Below are positions 26,307-32,000 of a stretch of DNA of 32,000 nucleotides, piece after piece; position 1 is the stretch's first letter, and each line of letters opens with the position of its first letter. The position numbers were made by a program, and so were the translations under genes. The stretch is from Ignicoccus pacificus DSM 13166 (GTDB lineage: Archaea > Thermoproteota > Thermoprotei_A > Sulfolobales > Ignicoccaceae): NCBI GenBank assembly GCA_025340205.1, contig CP006868.1, positions 870,001 to 902,000 of the forward strand. The letters are read 5' to 3'. The notes beneath the pieces were generated by a model, which ran no database searches, was not told the origin of the DNA, and saw only the letters and a list, made by a program, of their open reading frames with translations.

Positions 26307-26759
26307 GTGGAGAACATGAAGAGGGTAGTAATAGTAGATGGGGCCAATCAAATATTAGGGCGCATGGCCAGTCACGTCGCCAAGATGGCCCTAGAAGGAT
26401 ATGAGGTGCACATAATCAATGCAGAAAAGGTCGTCCTCTCCGGAAAGCCTGAGATGGTGGTAAACGCCTATCAACTCCTACTAGATGTTAAGACCCATAA
26501 GAATCCCTACAGAACCAAGATAAAGAGACCCAGAACCCCGGTAGCTTTGGTTAAGGACGCGATCAAGGGGATGTTACCCAAGCATAACACTAGAGGAAGG
26601 GAGGCTTTCAAGAGAGTTAAAGCCTACATAGGTACTCCCGAACTGAAGGTAAAGGGAGAAGTGATAAGGTTCTTGGATGCCGACGCTAGGAGGCTATCTG
26701 GAAAATACATAACTGTGGGTGAGGTCGCTAAGCGCATGGGTTGGAAGGGTGAGGCATGA
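26307..26759 (+). CDS. rpl13: 50S ribosomal protein L13 (uL13)
   Basis: The sequences VIVDGANQILGRMASHVAK and IKGMLPKHNTRGREAFKRVKAY are L13-like. An alternative ATG lies at 26316. Confidence 0.9.
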   Translation: MENMKRVVIVDGANQILGRMASHVAKMALEGYEVHIINAEKVVLSGKPEMVVNAYQLLLDVKTHKNPYRTKIKRPRTPVALVKDAIKGMLPKHNTRGREAFKRVKAYIGTPELKVKGEVIRFLDADARRLSGKYITVGEVAKRMGWKGEA

Positions 26760-27205
26760 TGGTTGAGGTTAAGTGGGCTAAGGAGCAAGAGGGTAAGGGT
26801 GGAGTTAGGATAGTGCTGGCGAGTGGAAAAAGGAAGAGGGCCATAGCCAAGGCGATAGTGTATCCCGGTAAGGGCAGGGTGTGGATTAATGGAGTTCCCG
26901 TCGAGATCGTGAAGCCCGAGATAAAGAGGTGGAGAATACTAGAGCCTCTACTACTGGCTGGAGAAAAGGTAATGAAGAACGTAGACATCAAGGTATGGGT
27001 GAAGGGAGGAGGCTTCATGGCTCAAGCTGAGGCGGCTAGAATGGCCATAGCAAGAGGGTTGATCAAGTACACTGGAAGCGAAGAGTTAAAGACACTATAT
27101 GAGGAGCACGATAGGCACATGCTCTCTGGAGATCCTAGGCGCACCGAGCCTGAGAAGTGGATGAGATATTCTGCTAGAAGAAGGAGGCAGAAGAGCTACA
27201 GGTGA
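26756..27205 (+). CDS. rps9: 30S ribosomal protein S9 (uS9)
   Basis: [10 protein letters not shown]..., [19 protein letters not shown] and the C-terminal RRRRQKSYR are S9-like. There is a 4-nt overlap with rpl13. Confidence 0.9.
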   Translation: MMVEVKWAKEQEGKGGVRIVLASGKRKRAIAKAIVYPGKGRVWINGVPVEIVKPEIKRWRILEPLLLAGEKVMKNVDIKVWVKGGGFMAQAEAARMAIARGLIKYTGSEELKTLYEEHDRHMLSGDPRRTEPEKWMRYSARRRRQKSYR

Positions 27206-27212
27206 CCTTTTT

Positions 27213-27422
27213 ATGATGATCCCTGTTCGCTGTTACACTTGTGGAAAGCCTCTTATACAATACTACGAGGAGTTCAAGAAGAGAGTAGAATCTGGTGAGG
27301 ACCCCGAAAAGGTCCTCGACGATTTGGGCCTCAAGCGTTATTGTTGCAGAAGGACCATGCTTGCATCGATAGATGTCTCGAAGGAAATAATAAAGTTCAG
27401 CACACGTGTGCACAGGTGGTAA
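27213..27422 (+). CDS. rpoN: DNA-directed RNA polymerase subunit N (Rpo10)
   Basis: [14 protein letters not shown]...YCCRRT is the zinc-binding RpoN signature. 69 aa. Confidence 0.9.
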   Translation: MMIPVRCYTCGKPLIQYYEEFKKRVESGEDPEKVLDDLGLKRYCCRRTMLASIDVSKEIIKFSTRVHRW

Positions 27423-27426
27423 GAAC

Positions 27427-28065
27427 ATGAGTGCGGAGAGCAAGGAAAATCTAGTAGAACTGTTAATATCGTTGGAGAAGTATTTGCAGCATGGAGTGCA
27501 CATAGGTACTAAGATGGTAACCAAGTACATGAATAACTTCGTCTACAAGAGGAGGAACGTTGATGGCTTGGCAGTTTTGGATGTGAGAAAGATAGATCAG
27601 AGAATAAGGGTAGCTGCAAAGTTCCTATCCAGATTCGAGCCGGAGAAGATAATGGCAGTATCTGTGAGGCAATATGGCCACAAGCCTGTGCTAATGTTCT
27701 CTAAGTTCGTCGGCGCTAAGCCTGTCATAGGAAGGTTCGTGCCAGGTACGTTAACCAACCCGGCGCTGGAAGTTTACTACGAGCCCGATGTGATCCTCGT
27801 AACCGATCCTAGGATAGATCAGCAAGCGATAGTGGAGGCCTCCGAAGTCGGAATACCAGTGGTAGCGTTCTGTGATACCGACAGCAGGACCGAGAACATA
27901 GACTTGATAATACCGGGTAACAACAAGGGTAGGAAGAGTCTGGCGCTGCTATACTGGCTACTCACCAGACAGATTCTCGTAGAGAGAGGTGAACTGTCTC
28001 CAAACGCTCCTGAAGATGAGCCCGCTCCAGTGAGCGAGTTCGAGACCAAAATAAAGCTCGTTTGA
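27427..28065 (+). CDS. rps2: 30S ribosomal protein S2 (uS2)
   Basis: The sequences [42 protein letters not shown] and [19 protein letters not shown] are S2-like. ATG 27427 is preferred, because the track start at 27406 would overlap rpoN. Confidence 0.9.
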   Translation: MSAESKENLVELLISLEKYLQHGVHIGTKMVTKYMNNFVYKRRNVDGLAVLDVRKIDQRIRVAAKFLSRFEPEKIMAVSVRQYGHKPVLMFSKFVGAKPVIGRFVPGTLTNPALEVYYEPDVILVTDPRIDQQAIVEASEVGIPVVAFCDTDSRTENIDLIIPGNNKGRKSLALLYWLLTRQILVERGELSPNAPEDEPAPVSEFETKIKLV

Positions 28066-28132
28066 CATTTTTATTAAGGTTAAGAAAGAACGTTACATAC
28101 CTTCCCTATTCCATGAATATAAAGGAACTGCG

Positions 28133-28198
28133 ACGCCTCTGAGGGCTCCTAGTCTTCACCGGTAGCTCCTCATGGTCCGCCACACTCATCATCGGCAC
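28133..28198 (-). ncRNA. Candidate C/D box sRNA (weaker, D box CAGA)
   Basis: The minus strand reads: gugcc g AUGAUGA(28192-28186) guguggcggacc(12) AUGA ggagcuaccg GUGAAGA(28159-28153) cuaggagcccu(11) CAGA(28141-28138) ggcgu. The C box is perfect, the spacers are 12 and 11 nt, and a 5-bp terminal stem (gugcc/ggcgu, with G-U pairs) is present. It lies in the rps2-ferredoxin intergenic region. Confidence 0.4.
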
Positions 28199-28258
28199 AG
28201 AAAAGTGAAGCAAAATCCATAATAAGACTACTAGTGAGTGGAGGGTGGGTGAGCTCTC

Positions 28259-28498
28259 GTGGCCAAGTATAGGGTCACCATCGAGAATGAGAAGTGTATA
28301 TCCGACGCCGTCTGCGCGCACCTATGCCCTGACGTTTTCGAGATGAATGAGGAGTACAAAGCTGTCATAGTTGAGCAATACAGAGAGAACGGAAACCCCA
28401 CTGTTGGTATCATTCCTGAGGATCTAAAGGACTGTGCTGAGCAAGCCGCCCAGGCTTGCCCGGTTCAAATAATACACATAGAGCCGGTCGAGGAGTAA
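28259..28498 (+). CDS. Small monocluster ferredoxin
   Basis: 79 aa with a GTG start. CISDAVCAHLCP...CAEQAAQACPVQ has the CxxxxCxxxCP ... CP pattern of Pyrococcus/Thermotoga-type single-cluster ferredoxins. Confidence 0.8.
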   Translation: MAKYRVTIENEKCISDAVCAHLCPDVFEMNEEYKAVIVEQYRENGNPTVGIIPEDLKDCAEQAAQACPVQIIHIEPVEE

Positions 28499-28500
28499 CG

Positions 28501-28728
28501 CTAAAACTTCTTTTTAGATGCTTCTTCCTTCTTCTTTATAACTTCTTCCAGTTCCCTCTGCAAGGACTTCGCTGCAGGTAGACTAACCTCTGGTGGTATT
28601 CTTTCCATTAATCTTTTGAAGAACTCTAGAGCGCACTTCTTGCTATGAAAATAGAACGTCTCATCTGAGATCTTTATTATAACGCCTTGACCCTTGAAGA
28701 ACGTCCTTCCACAATACATACACTTCAT
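28501..28728 (-). CDS. L24e/TRASH-like zinc-ribbon protein with Lys/Glu-rich tail
   Basis: MKCMYCGRTFFKGQGVIIKISDETFYFHSKKC follows the C-x2-C...(F/Y)-x-S-x-K-C pattern of the ribosomal L24e/TRASH fold. The rest of the protein does not look like canonical L24e. The start is set to ATG 28728 because a TATA box overlaps the track TTG start at 28746. Confidence 0.5.
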   Translation of the reverse strand: MKCMYCGRTFFKGQGVIIKISDETFYFHSKKCALEFFKRLMERIPPEVSLPAAKSLQRELEEVIKKKEEASKKKF

Positions 28729-28744
28729 CTTTTCTCTCTTTGCC

Positions 28745-28754
28745 AATTTAAATA
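28745..28754 (-). promoter_or_regulatory. TATA box for the L24e/TRASH-like gene (leaderless transcript predicted)
   Basis: The minus strand reads TATTTAAATT, centred ~24 nt upstream of ATG 28728. Confidence 0.45.
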
Positions 28755-28778
28755 CCCTTGACTAACCGCGACCTAGCA

Positions 28779-28786
28779 TTTATATA
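28779..28786 (+). promoter_or_regulatory. TATA box for the second Lhr-like helicase gene
   Basis: TTTATATA lies 50-60 nt upstream of the GTG 28836 / ATG 28845 starts. A GGAGG at 28825-28829 and a GAGGTG at 28833-28838 could be SD-like elements. Confidence 0.4.
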
Positions 28787-28835
28787 GCCATGTTCTGGCG
28801 CTACGTGTAGCAATTACACGCTCTGGAGGAAAGAG

Positions 28836-31670
28836 GTGTTAGAGATGGCCACCACCGTTACCGAGAGCTTACCGCCCGCGATAGCAGAGTTGATAAAGGA
28901 GAAGGGTTGGAAGGACCTTACCGATGTCCAGAAGTTAGCATACAAACCGGTCTACGAAGGTATGAACACCTTGATAATGGCTCCTACTGGGCATGGCAAG
29001 ACAGAGGCTGCGATGTTGCCTATACTAGCAAGAATGGTTGAGGAGAAACCTGAACCCTTGGCAGTTGTCTATATAACGCCATTGAAATCTTTGATCAACG
29101 ATTTGAAGTTAAGGATAGAGTGGTGGGCCTCGAAGCTAGGTTTTATCGTGGCTAGAAAACACGGCGATGTTTCTGCTTCTGAGAGAAGTGCCAGATTGAA
29201 GAAAGTGCCCCACATCCTATTGACAACGCCCGAGGGTCTCGAAATAGACTTGGATTGGGCCACTCAGTTCAGAAAGTACTACAAGAACGTCAGATGGGTT
29301 GTCATCGATGAGGCTCACGAGCTGGTAAACAGTAAGAGAGGAGTTCAGTTAAGCGTGTTGTTAGAGAGGTTGAAGGCCTATACTGGTAGAGACGTACAGA
29401 GAATTGCTCTAAGCGCTACAATAGGGGAACCGGAGCTTGCTGCTAAGCTTCTCTTCGGCTCTTCACAAAGGCCCTCAAGAATAATCAAGGTTAGTAAGAA
29501 GAGGAAGATTGAGTTAACTATTGATAGCATTGGAGAGATAAAGGAGGGGAACTTCTGGGAGTACGCAGCTAAGAAGATATTGGAACACGTGGAACCACCC
29601 ACCCTAGTATTCGTCAACACGAGGTTCTCGGCCGAAAGACTTCACGAAGAGCTCTCAAAGATGAGCGATCTAAAGGTAGAAGTGCACCACTCTTCAGTAT
29701 CGAAGGAAGTTAGGGTGGAGAGTGAAAGACTACTGAGAGAGGGTAAGCTGGACATAGTTATTGCTACTAAGACATTGGAGTTGGGAATAGACATAAGTGA
29801 ACTAAAGAAGGTAATACTATTCAAACCGCCCGGAAGCGTCGCAGCGCTCTTGCAAAGGGTTGGGAGAGCTGGGCATAAGCTCGGTGGAGTATCGAGGGGC
29901 GTGATCATAACCACTGACCAGATAGACACAGCTGACGCTTATACGGAATCAATACTTGCTCTGAAAGGCATAGTAGAACCACCACAAGTGTTAGACGCCC
30001 CTCTAGATGTTCTGGCCAGAGAAATAATAGGTATGGTCCTCCAAGAAAAGTTGCTAGATCCGGAGAAGGCGTTTCAGATAGTAAAAGGTGCCTATCCGTA
30101 TAGGAACTTAAGTAAAGAGAAGTTCGATGAACTAATAAATACCTTAATTAAGAATAGATTGCTGAATAGGGAAGGTGACAAGATAAAGATAGGATACATG
30201 TTCTACAAGCTCTGGTGCTTTGACTGCTCAGGGAAGAAATGGTGGAGTAGGTCCTTCGGAGAGTTCTTCTCAGTAATAACTGAGAGAGATACTTTCGTGG
30301 TGAAGTGGGGTAACAAGACTATAGGTGATCTAGACGCCTTCTACGTCTACAAGTACTTGAGACCAGACATGAAGATAAGGTTGGCTGGCAGGACTTGGAG
30401 AATAATAAACATAGACGAAGAAACGATGAAAGTTATTGTAGAACCCTCAAATGAGCAAGGAGGTGAGGTCCCTCTTTGGAGAAGCGAGGAAGCCCTCAGA
30501 AGTCCCTTGGTTCCGAGATACGCCAAGGAGGCGCTTAAGAGTAAGCCTCCTCAGAGCCTGGAGATAACCGATGCGGCGAAAAAGAACTTAAAGAAGGTGC
30601 TTGAATGGTATAATAGGAGAAAGCTCGATATACCCGGCGGCGACCTCTTCTACTTAGAGAAGACCGATAAGGGCTACGTCTTGAGTGGCTTCATGGATCA
30701 AAAGGCCGCTGAAACGCTAGCTCATATCTTGATGTATATGGTATCTTCAGAGTACACAGCAGCGGTGCAAGTCAGAGCCTCCATGACTGGCTTAGGTTTA
30801 AGCGTCGACAGCGGTGATAGCGTTCCTAATCTCTTAGATCTATTGAAACAAGTGGATGACGTAGAGGAGATGCTCGACAAAGCCTTGGAGAGGTCGCCAT
30901 ACCTAGTACAAGTAGCTAAGGAAATCCAGCTAAGCTTTGGAAAGCTCGGGAAGGTAACACCAGATGACGGTTTAGTCTATGAGGAAGCTAAGAAGCAAGC
31001 TCTACAAAGGTACTTCAACGTGGAAGAAGCTAAGAGGATAATCGAGGGTCTCAAGAGCGGATCTATTAAGGTAAGGAAGCTCAGAACTAGAACCCTATCA
31101 CCGCTGGCAAGTCATATAGTATCATTACCCGCTCTCAGGCCGTGGCTCAAGATAGTAGAGGCGAGGATAGCTAATATGCTAAAGGAGGAAGCGTTCACCG
31201 TAGAAGAGCTATCTATGATGTTAGAGCTAAGTCCTACCACAATAGAGAACAAGTTAAAGGAAATGAGGAAACCCAGCTCGAAGATAAGAGTAATATCATT
31301 TATAGACACGGAATTCGGTGAAACCAGATGGACCCTTCTGGAGGACTTGGATAAAGTGATGCAGAAAGAGGAATACGCAGACTCCTTTAAGCCTAGAGAC
31401 GTACACGAGAACTTCGTGGTCTACTTGAGAACGTCTCCCAAGGACGAGTATACGATGAAATACTTCAAACCGATAGATCTCATCGAGAATCCCGAGAAGT
31501 TCTTGAGTACGTTGAACGACGATGAGTATTACGAAGTGAAGGTAGTCACGCCCAGCGATCCACTCTTTAGAAACCTTATGCCGCGATACTTTTACGTTCC
31601 CAAGAAGGCCCTCCCTGCGGTACTCTTGAATGCCGTCACGTACATACAGAGACTACGCAGGTCGGCTTAG
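28836..31670 (+). CDS. Lhr-type SF2 DEAD/DEAH-box helicase (paralog 2)
   Basis: 944 aa. Helicase motifs present: Q-motif TDVQ, motif I APTGHGKTEAA, motif II DEAHE, motif III SAT and motif VI QRVGRAGH. An Lhr-like PLDVLAREIIG winged-helix region follows. The ~450-aa C-terminal half is unrelated to that of paralog 1 and has no zinc ribbon. The start may be ATG 28845. Confidence 0.85.
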   Translation: MLEMATTVTESLPPAIAELIKEKGWKDLTDVQKLAYKPVYEGMNTLIMAPTGHGKTEAAMLPILARMVEEKPEPLAVVYITPLKSLINDLKLRIEWWASKLGFIVARKHGDVSASERSARLKKVPHILLTTPEGLEIDLDWATQFRKYYKNVRWVVIDEAHELVNSKRGVQLSVLLERLKAYTGRDVQRIALSATIGEPELAAKLLFGSSQRPSRIIKVSKKRKIELTIDSIGEIKEGNFWEYAAKKILEHVEPPTLVFVNTRFSAERLHEELSKMSDLKVEVHHSSVSKEVRVESERLLREGKLDIVIATKTLELGIDISELKKVILFKPPGSVAALLQRVGRAGHKLGGVSRGVIITTDQIDTADAYTESILALKGIVEPPQVLDAPLDVLAREIIGMVLQEKLLDPEKAFQIVKGAYPYRNLSKEKFDELINTLIKNRLLNREGDKIKIGYMFYKLWCFDCSGKKWWSRSFGEFFSVITERDTFVVKWGNKTIGDLDAFYVYKYLRPDMKIRLAGRTWRIINIDEETMKVIVEPSNEQGGEVPLWRSEEALRSPLVPRYAKEALKSKPPQSLEITDAAKKNLKKVLEWYNRRKLDIPGGDLFYLEKTDKGYVLSGFMDQKAAETLAHILMYMVSSEYTAAVQVRASMTGLGLSVDSGDSVPNLLDLLKQVDDVEEMLDKALERSPYLVQVAKEIQLSFGKLGKVTPDDGLVYEEAKKQALQRYFNVEEAKRIIEGLKSGSIKVRKLRTRTLSPLASHIVSLPALRPWLKIVEARIANMLKEEAFTVEELSMMLELSPTTIENKLKEMRKPSSKIRVISFIDTEFGETRWTLLEDLDKVMQKEEYADSFKPRDVHENFVVYLRTSPKDEYTMKYFKPIDLIENPEKFLSTLNDDEYYEVKVVTPSDPLFRNLMPRYFYVPKKALPAVLLNAVTYIQRLRRSA

Positions 31671-32000
31671 ATGGAGATCGCTGATATGGGGCTTAATACT
31701 TTCTTTATCAGTGGCTTCTCTGACACTTTTCGTGGCGTCGATAGTAGCCTTGACCTATCCTTATGCCGATCTCTATAGTGTTAGCTCAATCATAGCTTCG
31801 ATATTGATAGTGCTAATAGTAAAGAAATTAGTGGAAAGAGCTCCGAAGGTAAATGCGGAAGCAATAATAAAGGCGTTAGTGTTCTTCTGGTTCTTCTCGC
31901 CATTATTGTTGACGTTCTTCTTTTCGATATTCGCCCATGTGAGCTTCGTTGACGCTTACTTCGAGATGGTAAGTGGATTGAGCGGTACGGGATTAACGAT
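31630..32000 (+). CDS. trkH: TrkH/KtrB-family cation (K+) transporter, N-terminal fragment (3' end cut by the window edge)
   Basis: This ORF is not in the ORF track because it has no stop in the window. I translated it by hand from ATG 31630, after an in-frame tga at 31627. It gives MPSRTYRDYAGRLRWRSLIWGLILSLSVASLTLFVASIVALTYPY...FFWFFSPLLLTFFFSIFAHVSFVDAYFEMVSGLSGTGLT. It contains hydrophobic helices, and the D-A-x-F-E-x-x-S-G-x-x-x-T-G selectivity-loop motif is typical of TrkH. It overlaps the helicase 3' end by 41 nt. Confidence 0.55.
   Translation, partial: MPSRTYRDYAGRLRWRSLIWGLILSLSVASLTLFVASIVALTYPYADLYSVSSIIASILIVLIVKKLVERAPKVNAEAIIKALVFFWFFSPLLLTFFFSIFAHVSFVDAYFEMVSGLSGTGLT

Noticed and set aside
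28106-28413. Two minus-strand ORFs (71 aa and 60 aa) in and around the rps2-ferredoxin spacer.
   Set aside because: Their composition is not protein-like. One overlaps the ferredoxin start. The region is better explained by a C/D sRNA candidate plus the ferredoxin promoter.
1-32000. Search for CRISPR arrays, IS elements, integrases, tRNA/rRNA genes and toxin-antitoxin pairs.
   Set aside because: I saw no direct-repeat/spacer periodicity, no transposase, integrase or recombinase-like ORFs, no terminal inverted repeats, no tRNA-like cloverleaves and no small two-gene cassettes with TA-like features. The window appears to be stable core genome.

Overview
This window looks like a core housekeeping segment of a hyperthermophilic crenarchaeal (Thermoprotei-type) chromosome. 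The GC content looks moderate by eye, and many genes have GTG/TTG starts or overlapping stop/start signals. It holds two large blocks of information-processing genes. Block 1 (11.1-15.8 kb, + strand) is LX, prefoldin alpha, FtsY, SecE, Spt5, L11, L1, L10/P0. Block 2 (23.6-28.1 kb, + strand) is S13, S4, S11, RpoD, L18e, L13, S9, RpoN, S2. Scattered around them are aIF5A, Alba, Csl4, RpoL, Bud32, ITPase, archaeosine TGT, PurE, archaeal-type PEP carboxylase, DeoC, a ferredoxin and two paralogous Lhr-type helicases. I found no tRNA or rRNA genes, CRISPR arrays, transposases or integrases. The items that are not routine are listed here. (1) Two candidate C/D box sRNAs sit in intergenic or 3'-flank positions; the one at 9877-9935 has textbook 7+12+4+3+7+12+4 spacing. 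(2) A NifX-like gene plus two tandem MinD/ferredoxin ATPase genes sit where rpl12/P1 normally follows rpl10, and the first ATPase has a 1-nt frameshift inside its Walker A motif. (3) A translationally coupled minus-strand trio consists of an ABC/AAA_21-like ATPase with substituted catalytic residues, a lone HisA-family barrel and a small wHTH protein. (4) Several GC-rich hairpins and unusually long gene overlaps are present. I see no convincing, clearly novel defence or mobile system. The ATPase-HisA-wHTH trio and the NifX/MinD-Fd module are the best candidates for poorly characterised biology. All functional calls rest on motif recognition by eye, not on database searches.
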